DNA from: Aplysia californica
Lineage: Eukaryota
Direction of reading: 5' to 3'
NCBI RefSeq assembly: GCF_000002075.1
Contig: NW_004797357.1
Location: 1,053,723 to 1,117,722 of the forward strand
Length of the DNA stretch: 64,000 nucleotides
The notes under the pieces: generated by a model
What the model saw: the letters and a program-made list of their open reading frames with translations, nothing else
Told to the model about the DNA's origin: nothing
Database searches by the model: none
In this document: positions 9,621 through 23,847 of the stretch, one piece after another
How positions within the stretch are numbered: the first letter of the stretch is position 1
How the letters are laid out: every line of letters starts with the position of its first letter
Made by a program: the position numbers and the translations under genes

Positions 9621-12600
9621 TTCCTGACTGATTGATACGTGCTGTAATAGTATCCTGACGCATAACAATCAACATATCAGCTGTTGTCAAATTCCAGATA
9701 TTTTTTAATTGGAAATAACACTTCTCAGACCCTCTCCCTGACCCAGTGGCTTAAACTTAATCGCTCAACATGTCTACACGTCTCTGTCTCAGCAAACTTC
9801 TTTATCCTTATCCTATTTATTGCTGCTTCCACTCATTGTTTGACATAAAATGTACATGTAATACGTTTTTGGTAAATATAATATATATAAATATTTGTCA
9901 TGATCCAAAAGGACTTAAGACAATGAGAAGATTCTGTTGTATATCAGAGATGTCCGCTGAAAGTACGATTGAATTTTTTTTCCCGCGCTCGAAAGCAGAG
10001 TTTGAATAAGTACGCTTAAACAGCATTTCATGTAGTAGTAGCTAAACATAATCCTGTTTGTCAGCATCAGGGGGATGAAGGTGGAAGTAATGAAGGTTAA
10101 CTTTGGGGGAAGTGCTAGTGAACCAGGCATTCCCTCCTTCCTCTCACCCATTGTCAAAGTAACCTTTCTATATCTAGACTTGTATTTATAAGGGAGGTCC
10201 TTGGTGGTGTTCTTGAACGGCAAATGTTGAGCTTAGATGAAAACCAAGTGTTACATAACTTACACTGGAGCAACCAGCATTAATATAAACATGTAGTATT
10301 ACAATTGAATTGATTGAAGTTTGAGTTGTACTCTGTCGCATTGCATGCTGTGGGTCTTTGTTAACCAAAATTTTGCAAAGACAGATAAAAGTAGACGTCT
10401 TCTGCAATCTTCTTAGAAAGATAAACAATAAACAAAACAAAAAACAAAACAAATAAATTCAATGAAAGTTGAAAGCTAAAAACAATATTTTGTACATGCT
10501 TTTCATTTTATTTACTTGTTTTACTGAAGGCATGTGGAACAAAATGTTGAAACAATAATTATACACACACTGGACATGACCCATCAGTGAGTGAACTTCC
10601 ATTTATCATGACCTGCATATTGCCACTGTCACAAGTAAAAATGAGGGACACTGTCTTGGTGAAAAGTGTGTGGGAAGAACATTGGAGTTTCTTATTTTTA
10701 CCAGCAACAGCGACAATACATATTTAAGATATAATATATATAATATATTAATATATTATTAATATAGTAAAACCACAAATTCAGGACCACCTATATGTCC
10801 AAATGACAAACATTCTCTACAGCAGCAGTCCTTTTATGCATATTGTATTGCTTCTTTTTTTAAAGTATGGACTCCAGAGAGCAACTATATTGTATATGTG
10901 ACGTTTACCGGTTCTATAGGACTCGCTTTTTCTGACATGAAAGTAAAACCATTTATGAAATCCAAGAATCTCAACTATGAACACAAAGTCGTAAGGCAAA
11001 ACTAACTCTTTGAGACAGCTCCAGCTTGCAGCCTCCACTACTGTGAAAACCACACCAACCATGTCTGATCACCAGGTTTGATTTTTTTTTTTTTTTTTAA
11101 AGACACCCCAAAAGGTTGTGTCCTTGGAATACAAATTAATAGTTAATGGGTGATCAGTATATATTGTGGAATCCACGTGAACCAATCTTTGGTTTAGGCA
11201 AGTTTTCATATTAGAGAGGTTGCTTAAATAGAAGAGAAAAAATCAAGGATTTTATTTTCTTTTGGTTTACCGCTGTTTTCGGATTAACCGTGCTCAGTTT
11301 AAGCGGACTCCAGGGTACAGAAAGATGCAGTGGCAAATCAGTTTGCTGATAAAGACCTAGGTTCATAGCTTGAGTTTCTTACTGTCTTAAATTTTCAGCC
11401 GGTAATGCAAAGCATGTCAGTGCTGTCACAACAAAATGGAGCAACTCCATTTGACCCTAGTCACTAGGAAAGTTTTCACAAGTTGGGAGTGGAGAGACAG
11501 TGACGATATATATACGTGTGTGTATATATATATATATTGTGTGTGTGACCTTCCCATACAACAGCACATCATAAGCCAGAATCTCTTTTAAAATGCAGCT
11601 GAAGCGGTTAAAACTTACTTCTGAAACTTGGGTAAGTTTAAAAATCGCTGCAGCTGCTACCAACATGCATACAGAATCCAGACACTCAATTTAATAACCT
11701 CCCCTACATTTTGGTAGGGTTCATAACATCTAATTAACATTGAAAAATAAATAGTTCATTTTTATTTTACAAGTTTCTTGAAAGACTAAGGCATTCTGTA
11801 TTTCGCAAAACAGTATGTCTGCTTACTCATACAGCAGTCCTAACAACAAATTTCTAGACAACACAACTTCTATGTTAATTCTCTTTTAAAAAATGAGCCT
11901 CTCAGCCATTCCAAAAGGGATAAAAATGATTAAATAATAAAACATGAAAGGCCATTCTTTACCATTCTAAACTTACACTTACTATCTCTTAAATGGACTC
12001 TGCAGTACAATACTTGTAAGCAGGAGCTAGAAAGTCAAATTTGACACAGCTAACACTGAGGTGATATACAGAATTCTTGTTAACTTCAAACGATAATGGC
12101 TGAAGTCCGACTCTGGCCGGTATCAAACTTCCCTACGGTGGCATTCCTATTACAACGGCCTATAATCACATCACAAAACGACATAATACTAACAAACTTC
12201 CAAGCTTCAAGCTATATAAAGAGTAATCACGGTCGGAGTCTGTCAAAGACAAAATAAGACATTCTCTGTTTTTCACAGTTCACTCAAAGCTATAACAAAT
12301 GACTCAAGGAATTACTAAGTTATTTCCCTTAGCGATATGATGCTCAAGAGGACAGACACACTTTGCAGAGGACATCCCAGCTCCTTACCACATAGTAGGG
12401 AAAATATCATCTAAGAGTTAAATTCTCTTGGAAATAACTTCATATATGAACTTTCTGAATATAAACTATACAAAAATACGATCAGCTCTGAGGCAAAAGC
12501 AACCGTGCTATGATTGTCACACTATAGGTGTTTGGCCAATGTCGATAGAGCACCTTTTAAAACATGTCAGTATATGAGTGCTTTGACGCAAGAGAAAACA

Positions 12601-12684
12601 TGTCAGTACTTAATCCCCAGAGTGCTGAGATGCAAATTTTAAAACTTTGGATGTTTCCAAACGAGAAGGCTATACATAAGAAAA

Positions 12685-12920
12685 TGTCGACCAGCTGTTC
12701 AGATATACTACGCCCAACATTTTGAAATGTTTAAAAATTGCATTTTCTTTATCTATGGTATCAGTTTCATGAGGTCCAGAAATATTTTGCAGAAATTTGT
12801 TGCGTAAATGTTTTAAAAAGCCAAAAAAAAATCCATGATTTTGGTAGAATTGTTCTTGAAAAATGAAACCATTTAATTTAATTCTTTCTGGTCTTATGAC
12901 ATCTGAACAGCGTGCCGACA
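12685..12920. mobile_element. ~235-bp MITE (related copy at ~15480-15710)
   Basis: Inverted ends TGTCGACCAGCTGTTCAGAT / ATCTGAACAGCGTGCCGACA. The internal AAAATTGCA.TTTCTTTATCT.TGGTA is shared with 15480-15710. Confidence 0.55.
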
Positions 12921-14599
12921 GACACTAAAGTTCATCAGAGTCTATCCTCGCAAATGCTGTCATGCAAATTAATACCATTCACTAAGTAACGTGAAAGCTG
13001 TGACACACATTAATTCATGTCGGTATTTAGCCATATGAATAATTACGTGCACTATGAACTGTACTATGATGTACATTAAAACAGCAGCAGCACAAATAAA
13101 AGCAAAAACATAAAAGTATTATCGATAGAGGATACAATCGACACCCCCCCCCCCCAACCCTCTCCCCTTTGATAATATTAGAATACAAAATAACAAAGAC
13201 AAAAAATTAACTTGGTAAAGTGGGTAGTAGCTGTCTGCGGTATAATTAAACAAAAGGACTTTGATATGACATACTTTAATCCAGACCTACAACAAATTAC
13301 TACAGTAATTCCTCAGATAGATGAAAGGAATCCCAAACATACAAACAGTGTAGACTATCACACAACTTTGACTTATCCTCATCACAAAATAACCTACACA
13401 TATGTGCTGTGATAGTGAACATAAAAATCACAATTCATATCATGTTCATATCATGTAAGTTGACATTCTCAGAAAACTCCAGCGTTAGCAATTCTCACCA
13501 CTCACTTTTATCCAGTGTTACATTCAACCCATTGCACCATCTTTACACACTTTTAAATACTCTCATGTTGAAGCAGAAGTCACCCACTCACCAATCTCAT
13601 TCATACTACCAAATCACCGGAGATGTGCATTATGTATAGTGTCATGGCCGAAAATGCCTTGAAACTAATCTCAGAGCCGAAAAGTTTTTGGTTCTTATTT
13701 TGATATTTTCTCCCCCAGCTGTACAGAAAACAGGGGTGGGGGGACCAGTATATTTCAACAAAGGAAGACAGATGTCAACTAAACCCAACACAACCACAGT
13801 GGCATCACCAAATAATAATCAGTCCCTATCCAAATTGTCCAAGATCATTCAATTACAACAATCCAAGAAATATAAGGCAAAAATTCACCCGAGAGCAACA
13901 ATTAATCAATTGTGATATTACCACACAATAACCTTTTCCGTGTACTCTCTGAGCCATTTAAAAAAAAAAAAACCTGACTCACATAATTATTCTATGTCAT
14001 TAACAATTATCCTTCCCAATTCAAATGGGAAAAAAATTCATATCTTGCCACTTGCATACATCTATTTATATATCAACCAGGTCACCAATCCTCTTTATGT
14101 GCTGGAGCTCAAAACTGATGACTCAGACTAGGGCAAATTATGAAATAGATAAAAATTTGATTCAAAAACGTTTCGACATTGTGCAACATGAATTATGATG
14201 AATATAGACAGGCCAACAATGGAAAAATTCTAAAATTTCTTATTTTTATTCTGTTGACCAAACTATTTCTTAAAATGAGAGTATTTACTAATTTTCAACT
14301 TAAACAAGCTCCCCTTTTCTTATTTTTCAACCAACCTACACTTGAATTTGGAAAAGAAATTTTAAAAAAGGAAAATGCTCAATTTCCAAAAACAGTGACA
14401 AGTAAGACAATATAATGACACACAGAGTCATGATATGTGAGCACAACGGACAAGACAGTTCTGATGAACTCCCCAGAGTCTTATCAAAGAGTACAGGACC
14501 GTCACCACCAATGTACACAGCCTTCAACACCCACATGCCACAGTGAGGCATGAATACCACTCAATTGAACTGTACATCTTTGGTACCAGTTTTTGGAAC

Positions 14600-14800
14600 C
14601 TGAGGCGTGATAGTTAGGCTTTCCATCACTGCAAGCAAAAGGCCCGAGTTTGATCCCCGCATGAGGAAGTTTATTTTACAGAGTATCTTCATCTTTCTGC
14701 TAGGTCCTCTATCCCACAAAGTCTAAAGTGGGCCTGGCCTGTATGGTAGAAGTCTCCTGTCTACTAAATGATCAAAAAAATGTCAATGAGTGTAAAAAAA
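14600..14800 (+). mobile_element. Degenerate tRNA-derived SINE
   Basis: A-box-like GGCGTGATAGTTAGG and B-box-like GAGTTTGATCCCC. Confidence 0.4.
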
Positions 14801-16002
14801 ACAGTAAAAACCAATCAGTTAATCAAAAAAAGGCTTGCACCCTTTCAGTTTAAAAAAAAAAGGGGAGTCTTAAAAAATAATGTGGAAGTTTCTATTAACC
14901 CACTGCCCCCACAGGTTTTTCCCACTGATTTGCCTATTAAGCCGGAATCAATTTACTCAAACGTGCCTATTACAATAGGGTACATATTCGAATTGACTCT
15001 GCTACCATAACATTTCAACAAAAGTTTATATACAATGGCACTGCTAGCACTAGACCTAAAAGTTGGGGGCAGCGTTAGAACAAATGGATGATTCATCTAC
15101 TACCTTGCTGAAGTATCACAATCACTCAAGGTCTGGTCAGCTTCACCACAGTTGTCGGCATCATCACTGTTATTCTCACCAGATAAAAATTATTATTGAT
15201 GTCTGCAACTGGGTTGTCACTCAGTGCAATGAATAAATGTTTTTTTACCTAAAGCAAGGAAAAGGAAAGTTTTATTTAGGGAAATAAAAGATCAAACATA
15301 TCAACAAACTACATGCAATTAATTACACTATTTCTATGACTCTTAATTGAAAACTTGACCTCATCAACATTGTCTACACACACATGGCCAGCACATATCA
15401 ATAGTCATAGGAAAATTGCCAACCATATTATATTAGAAGTCTGAAGAAAATAGGTACTTTCAGTATACTATGGCCATATTGTCAGCCTGCTGTTGAAATG
15501 TACTAAGCCCAAAAGTTCCTTTTAAAATTGCAGTTTCTTTATCTGTGGTAAGTGCTCAAGAAATACTTTGTCAAAATTCAATTTTAAATGTGGAAAATAG
15601 AAGAAAAAATACACAATGTAAACACAATTTTTAAAAGAATAAAACAGTTTTTTCTCTCTCTCGTACAATTTTGCTGTCTGGGCTAAGTACATTTTAATAG
15701 TTTACCAACACTATGCATCATTTTTAAAAGATCTATTCAAATAAAGGTCAACACAATATTTACTCAAACAATGACTCTAAACTTTTCCCCCTCACCCATC
15801 ATGACTAGGAAGTCAAATTTAACCATTTCAAAAAATCTCTCCTGAATAATATAAAAAGATTGGCAGTATTCCTATCAGAGACCGCAAACAAATGCTTTAA
15901 ATTCAAGAAAAGCAAACACAGACAAAAGTCACCAGGAACCAAAATCCATAACCAGAACATGTTTTAACAAATATCAGGAGACTACATGGAAACAGTTTGC
16001 AC

Positions 16003-16949
16003 TAGACCTACATGTCAGCCTCAACCAGATTGTCTGAAAATTTTGCGCAACATCCCCCATCCCATATGAGCTTTTGAGGGTGTCATAAAAGGAAGGACTT
16101 CCGAGCAACGAGTGACCACCCCAACAAACAAAATATAAAAGAGACCGAGACCTAACCCTAACCCAAACTCTACCCCTAGGCCTACCCCTAAAAAGAACAT
16201 GCGATGGCCCTCATGTAAAAACTCCAAAATGTGAAGAAAAAAAACGACACACACTCCAAAACAAACAAGGAGCATAATAATAATAATATGGCCTACATCT
16301 ACATTGCTATAATAGGGTTTGATACAATAACACAATAAAATTGGAATATGAATCCTCCATATAGATCTAGTAATCTAAATAAATCTAATCTAGATCTAGT
16401 AGAACAAGTGAAGAGGGACTCAGCTGAGTCTTGAATCTTAGATTCTAAATAAATAATTCACGCACCTGATGAAATGCTTTTTACCAACATTAATATTTCA
16501 GCGCAACCTATAATAGGGTTTGACACAATAGAATCGGAATATGAATCCTCCATTGAGATCTATAATGATCCATAAATCTAGATCTAGTAGAACAAGTGAG
16601 TCGGACTTGAATGAATCCACATGATCTGAACAATCAGTCAACAAAAGAAATTCAAAATGGCCACTCGAGCAAGAAACTGAAAGTAGATAATTTAGGTCAT
16701 TGTCCTTTTTCGTATTCACATTTCTACTTGGGTTCCGACAATTATGTCGGAAACGCCAACGTTGGCAGTCGGCACGAAAACGAAAGTGCCGACAAAGCCG
16801 ACAGGAGAAAAAGGGAGCGCTGGCAGTCGCCAGGCCTCGCACTTCGTACATTGACTAATACAGGTGGGCCTAGCGATAGCATTGGCCAGCTCACAGGGCG
16901 GGTCGCGATTGTCGGATTTCAGACGATTGTCGGCTAACATGCAGGTCTA
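16003..16949. mobile_element. Non-autonomous hAT-like DNA transposon with a 6-bp TSD (TTGCAC)
   Basis: Left end TAGACCTACATGTCAGCC...ATTGTCTGAAA matches the reverse complement of the right end (TAGACCTGCATGTTAGCCGACAATCGTCTGAAA). TTGCAC directly flanks both ends (15997-16002 and 16950-16955). Confidence 0.7.
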
Positions 16950-19900
16950 TTGCACACATTGTATAAATATCTGAATACATGGAAGTGTAAAATCCTTTAA
17001 ACAGTTCCAGCAATAAATATTAAAAGATATCACCAATAAACTGTTCACATTTGATACATAAAGCAGCTCAGAAACTTATGTACGAGAAATTTTGGGGTCA
17101 TTCGAAAGTCACAATAATCAGAAAGCAGGAAAAAAACAGACAACATATGGTTTAGATGATATTGTACAAAATGAGATTTACCAAAATAATGAGGAAATAA
17201 ACAACATCGCAGACCTTTCTCACTCATACCAATTACAGTCAGATAGCAAGTACAAAAAGAAACCTTCAAAACAAATTGATTCTGTTATTTCAAAAACAAT
17301 TTTTGAGAGAATGAGATTATAATATAGTATTCTCAAGAGGAAAAAAAGAAGTATCGAAGAAAAATGGTATTTGAACATTGTTGTTCACAAGTCTTTCAGA
17401 AATCATGCGTTACAGGCCTTACATTTCTTTCTACAAAATATGAATTTTCGAGAATTAAAACTAACTTCAAAAGTAGTAGGCCAGCCATGGACACTCCTCA
17501 AAAAAGCCCATTCTCCAGAATGAGAATTGTCAAATAAAATACAAATTGTCTTCATCAACGTGTAGCACACACAGGAAAAACTGATCCAGCAACAGGCCCC
17601 ACTGCTAATATTCAGTGCCAATTTGATGAGTTTTATAAGTCTTGGTCATAGGGATAAAAAATCTAGTTAGAAGAAGACATTCAAGAGGCTATATTTTTCA
17701 CTTATCAAAAAACCTACAGAATAAGACAGTCCACTGAAAAGAATGCAGACACCTTCAACTGTTCAATTAACTGACACATCCAACACGAGGAGACAAATTG
17801 TACTTTTGAGGATGCTCAACTATATACAGAATACCCCTTCACAATAATTCAGAAAAAAAACATAAGAGAAAAGAATTATGAAAATGTCTTTTAAAAGTTT
17901 GAAACCTTCCTAGTAATCATAATAACAAAACAAAAAAAGAAATTTCAAAAAAATACATACGCTGCAAAAATAAGCTTATATCAAAGATGAATTCCGAGTC
18001 TCCTTCCCTAGCAGTACACCATGTACGTGATGTATTGGACCAAGTTTACTTTTGCTGCGATATTGATTCAACTGCTCAAATCCTTAATTATCTCATTACA
18101 CTTTGCCGTGTGGCAGGGTGACTTACATTATACGAATTATCAGACCACGTTCTAAAGCATAAAAAGTCCTGTTAGAGGTGCAACAGGTCTTTACATCAAT
18201 CTCAGACAACTTTCAATTCAATGATTCACCTGCCCTACACTGCCTCAAGAGGAATGTTTTCTGTATTGTAGAATTGATCATAACAGGGTTACCTTGTTTT
18301 TTTGGCACCATAAATCTGCAACAATACTGTTAGTAATCACATGTCTTACAAATACATCATTAGCCTACAAATACTCAAAAAAGACAATTACAAACATGTT
18401 TTGCCAAACAAATAATTGCAAAATAAAACACTGCAAGAAGTTTAGCTGTTCAATTATCTACTTGCCATCCCCATTCCATTCTCCCTAGATTGTCTCCAGT
18501 CCTAAAATGTTCTAAGACATTCGCTCCTAGATGGCAGCTGGATCGGATAAGTAAAGTAAGATATTCATTTTTCAACTTTCCAAGACACAACTTTACACAC
18601 TGCTGTCTCATCAACAGTGGTTAGCACATCAATAGCTGTGTAACATTCTGAATTCAAGGAAGCAATATGACTTTCTACTGTAAACAACCTTGTCCTGAAT
18701 AAAAACCATAGGCTATTTTTTTACACGCATCCTTAACACCACCTCCCAGGGGGAAAAAAACTCTTTCAGCTTTTTTTAAGGTAAACAGTTCTTACAATCT
18801 TGTTCAAAGAAGATAAACAGTTTTTGTCTCAACTTACAGCCCAAATTTTACACCATAACTACAGTCAGATGGTTAAAATCAAAACACTTTTTTTTTTACA
18901 GTCATTAAAAAAAAATCAACAACAAAAGCAAAGAAAAAAACTGCAACAATTCGTAACTTTTCTGAAGAGGTAACTTGCATAAATACCATTAACTATCCAT
19001 CATACAGATACATTTCTCGTAAGTGAAAAGCATCCTTTTATTAACTTTTGTGGAACTAAAATTAATAACTTGGCACTGTAAAACTTTATGCAGCGAACAT
19101 CACATTGCAATGTAGAAAACTTGCATTTGTCTGAAAAATTACACTATTTCAATAATACATTTACAAAAGTAAAGAGTGTAAAAGACTCACAAAATCCATC
19201 ATCTATTTACACTTATTATAGGCCTACAACATTTCTTTACCACAGTACCTGTAATGCATCAAACAAGTGAACAGAACTGCATCCAGAACATGAGCTTCCT
19301 GAACATCTATCCTTCAACACACCAACATTTGTGCTATGATATGCTCATATCTAACAGATCTGACCAAATTGAGTGGACAATCTTTTTTTTTTCAGTTTTG
19401 CTTTGTAAACTACTGCAAAAACAATTTAAAAATAATATGAGACATGCATTTATAGTCTTCCTGGAAAAGCTTAAAATAACAATATCATTTAACTCTATCC
19501 GTACGCCCTGGGGTCATTTTATACCCCTAGGGTTGTATTCTTCACATTTTAGAATACTTCTTGTACGAATATCTCTTTAAAACTTTTAGTATTTTTTAAC
19601 AAAAATTATTTTGACAGACTGCTATGCAAAGCGTACATATCGGATCAACCAGTAAATTTCCTCCTTGGAAAGTGGTGGGGTGGCACAGAGTTCCCCACGT
19701 CGTATGGATACGATAGTAAAACACAACATACAGATAGGGTTACATTACTGTGTGTCTCAAAGCACATCTAAAATCTATCTTATTTGTGCACAAATCCTCA
19801 AATTCTGTCAAAGCTTTTTTATGAGACTGCAATGTCCTTCCTGTCTTGGAATGTACGTCCTACACTCACACATTACTGTGAATAATGAAAGATAGAGGTT

Positions 19901-20616
19901 TTCACAAGACAATTATCATAGTTACAAAGTTTGTTTGGAACCTTTGAAATCATTTCATTTTGTAAAATATTTCCGGAGAAGCCAAATCACTAAAACAGAA
20001 AAAAATTAGGGGAGAGGAGATGCTCACCGATTTTCTTCTGACGCTGTGGTGAGGAAAGAGATTAATGGAACTTCAAAGATGAAGAATAACTCAAATGAGG
20101 AAAATATAGAAAAACCATGAAAAAAACAAGAAAAAAAAAACCCTGAGCTTTGCCATGTGCCAGGATAATTTTTGCATGTTTCTGTGGCAATAAAACATCT
20201 AAAACATCAGAATGTCATTGTGCAGGTTCAATGCCCCTTTCAACACTATAAGATATTTAAGAGGCGGAACCTCCAAATATAACATTCTCCTCTGATAGGA
20301 CTGACCCAGAATGGGTGCAGAGCCATTCCCCCAAAAAACAGTCCAAGTTCAGAACGCCCCCCTGGGGATCTGAACCAAGGCAATCTGTTCGGTCGTCCAG
20401 CATGATACCAAATGAGCCAATAGTGAGATAGTAATGTGAAAAAGTTGTGGAACAAAGAACAAGGACAGAGAGAGTAATGGAGCATCCATGGACCTACCTA
20501 AAACAAATCTAAAGCCCCTTTGACAAAAAGCAAATCCTTATATAAATCTCTCACTTTATCTACATACACTTCAACAATGACCTATTATACAAGCAAACCC
20601 TACGAGTCGACAGTTA

Positions 20617-20788
20617 TCATCTGTCCACACCGGTATCCAATCCGAATGTCTGTTTGGCCGTCTCGTAAGCGGCAAAAGAGATGGCAACAGTGGGCATGAT
20701 GCGGATGTAGTTGATGCTCAGGCCTCTGTACAGGCCCTTGACTATACCGTTCTCTCGATAGACTTCTCGCAACACCTCTAGCCAACTC
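20617..20788 (-). CDS. SLC25A16: SLC25A16 (Graves disease carrier / mitochondrial CoA carrier), coding exon 8 (last)
   Basis: (R)SWLEVLREVYRENGIVKGLYRGLSINYIRIMPTVAISFAAYETAKQTFGLDTGVDR*; acceptor tttctccag, phase 2. Confidence 0.93.
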
Positions 20789-22202
20789 CTGGAGAAAATA
20801 TAGTATCTTTGTTGTTAAGTATGCTTGGGTAAAAAAAATATACATTGCACACAATAATGGCTATTTAGTGCAGGGTAAAAGCAAGACAGACAGAGAGACA
20901 ACAGAGAGAAAGAAAACAAATAGGACGTATCGGTGGCGCCCTCTGTTAACGTACCAACGCAGTGTACCCTTTTACTTTTAGTCTACGAGTAGGCTAAACA
21001 AAAATGGCCATTTACTGCAATGAAAAAGCAATATGAACTGAAGGAAACAACAGAAAGAAAGAACAGAAGTAGGACCTTCCAGGGGCACCTTCCAACCAGC
21101 CATACAGTGTCACAGTGACAATGATGAGATCAGACAAAATGGGTACAAGTGTCCAAGTGTAGTCTTTTTTACACAGTGAGCCGGCACAACAACAGACAGA
21201 CTGCGCTATGAACAGACCACAATACAAGCAACACTCTAAAGAAAAATAAGATGAATTCTACACCTGAGAACCCACAGACCATTGACAGAGCAAACAGTAT
21301 GAGAATTTTTTTTTCCCTATGGAGAGGTATGACTGAGAGCTTCTTAGCGAAGTATGTATGGCTGCATAGACAAATTTTGAATAAATGTCCCCCAGAAACT
21401 GAATAAATTCAGCTTAAACAGGTACGAAATTAACACATAGTGACAGTTTCAAGGACAAAGAATCAGTACTGTGGTTTGAAAGTCAAAATTTCGGTACATA
21501 GTTGCATTGTAGACCTGCATAATATCAATGGCACTCAAGTATCAAGACAAGATCTTTCCATCAACTACAGAAAAGCTCTGTTAGTTTAATAAGAGTTTTA
21601 CGGTGCTCACAGCTGCATTTATAGGTCATATAAGTGCGCAAAACAAGTTGGTGTTATTCGCAACAGTTCACCGCACGGCATGATTTTAGTCAAAATTTCT
21701 ATTAAAATGCTAAAATTTCAAGGTAAAAAATTCTTAGTTTAAAATAACTTTTTAAATAACATTAAAAATGTTAACGTTATTCATAATTTTACATATTGGC
21801 CTTTAAAAAATGAAGGACTTTGTTGGGATCAACAACGAAAAACATCTTGCAATTTTTTGCATCTCTATATATTATATTTGTGAAAGTTCGTCACTTTAGC
21901 AGCCTAAAACTTCCGAACCACTTAACTTTCGAATTTGAAAAAAACAACTGTATAATCACCTGTACAAACACCCACTCGCCATTTGCCTCCTTGCATATAT
22001 TTATGAGACTGTGTGAGACGTCCACCTGTCTAAGACAACCACTATTATTCTCATGGGACTCAAAAAGAAACCAGTGGGAAGCCTGAAACCAAAAGTAGTC
22101 TTGAGAAGGGTCAGACAAACCAGGGTAACTGTGACAATCTTAAAGAAGGTTCCCCAACAAGTTATCTTATCTAACCTCCTGTTAGGAGTTTGTCAGCCTT
22201 AC

Positions 22203-22286
22203 CGTGGGTAGGCCAGATAAGTCTGTTGGTCTTTAGAGATCATTCCAGAAAGCTGCATCCTGCGCCGCACAACATCTAGAGGGTAC
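22203..22286 (-). CDS. SLC25A16: SLC25A16 coding exon 7
   Basis: (S)YPLDVVRRRMQLSGMISKDQQTYLAYP(R): third carrier signature Px[DE]xx[RK]xR. AG/GT, phase 2/2. Confidence 0.93.
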
Positions 22287-22671
22287 CTGCAAAGTTTGAT
22301 TTACAGCAATTACATGAGCTCCAATGAGGCTGAACTGATGGTAGGACAGGTACTAAATACATATCATTCCCGCCNNNNNNNNNNNNNNNNNNNNNNNNNN
22401 NNNNNNNNNNNNNNNNNNNNNNNNNNNNNNNNNNNNNNNNNNNNNNNNNNNNNNNNNNNNNNNNNNNNNNNNNNCATCTCAAAATCGGTGGATCGGTAGT
22501 TTGACCCAAAAGTCGGTGATCTACCGATTTTTCTGTAGGGTTGGCAGGTATGCTATATATTATATTTGTGAAAGTTCGTCATTTAGCAGCCTAAAACTTC
22601 CGAATTTGAAAAAAAAAAAACTGTATAATCACTTGTACAAACACCCACTCGCCATTTGCCTCCTTGCATAT

Positions 22672-22948
22672 CGTCGGCCTTGTGATAAAACCGGCTAACC
22701 CCAGCGAGGTAAATTTTACAGGAGAAGGAAAAAACTGTTTTATTTCAAAACAAAGGCGTCTAACGATAAATCAATGCTTTAAACACCTATAAAAACACTT
22801 TACTGAAAATCTGTAGAACTTTTTTCCTTTAAAAATTGCTTTTAATGAAACTGTGTGGGTTAGACGGTTATGTCGCTCAAATTTTCCTGGATAAAACCGA
22901 CCAACCCTCAATTTTGTGGGTTGACCGGTTTTATCAGGAAGCCACTGC
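22672..22948. mobile_element. MITE with inverted ends
   Basis: GGCCTTGTGATAAAACCGGCTAACCC versus the reverse complement of the right end, GGCTTCCTGATAAAACCGGTCAACCC. Confidence 0.6.
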
Positions 22949-23847
22949 TGGCCTTGAGTTTGGTTGAGTGCAGCCAAGCCACACTTGACGGTAACGTATT
23001 TGATCACTTGCTTCAATNNNNNNNNNNNNNNNNNNNNNNNNNNNNNNNNNNNNNNNNNNNNNNNNNNNNNNNNNNNNNNNNNNNNNNNNNNNNNNNNNNN
23101 NNNNNNNNNNNNNNNNNNNNNNNNNNNNNNNNNNNNNNNNNNNNNNNNNNNNNNNNNNNNNNNNNNNNNNNNNNNNNNNNNNNNAGGAAGAGGAGGAGGA
23201 CTATATTATTGCTACCAACATACTATCAGCTGCTGCCATTTCAGTGCTACGGAGTCAATTCTGGCAAAAACAGCAGTCACAAAGTTTAACCTTTAATAGA
23301 AGTAGAAGAAGCAGAACACAGCAAAGGGTATATTAATTACATTCAAAGTAGAAGAACAGGAGGTTGGAAGGGTAAGGGAGAGCAGCTACAGCAACAACTA
23401 CAAAAAACAACAACTATAACAACAACGAAAACAACAGTAGTAGCAGCAGCAGCAGTAGGCCTTTAGAATTTATGACCGTGTCTGACACGGTACTATTGGC
23501 ACTGGGTGGTCACTCAAAGGCCTGGAAAAAAGTAATACTAAGAAAGAAATGAAAGCAGACAGCCACACAAAAGCTCTGCTCCCTCAGCAATGGTTTGGGT
23601 GAAGTTGGTTACATAATAATATATTATTATTATACAAAAGGACTTTGTGAGTACCAAAGAATGCGCCAACTTTCTTCAAGGTGCGTGGCTTGACAACTAC
23701 TACTTTATTGAGTTTTCTCGACGATAGAAGAGCATGTTTGTCTCACTCTGTGTCCTATGGCTACAACAAGGCAATACGACAAAAGTTACCATTGTTTTGA
23801 AAGACTCTACAATAATCGAATTTGGCTTGATCGCTTTCAAAACTTCT

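Noticed and set aside
9915-10223. 102-aa - strand ORF
   Set aside because: No recognisable domain, non-ATG start, and no supporting splice structure.
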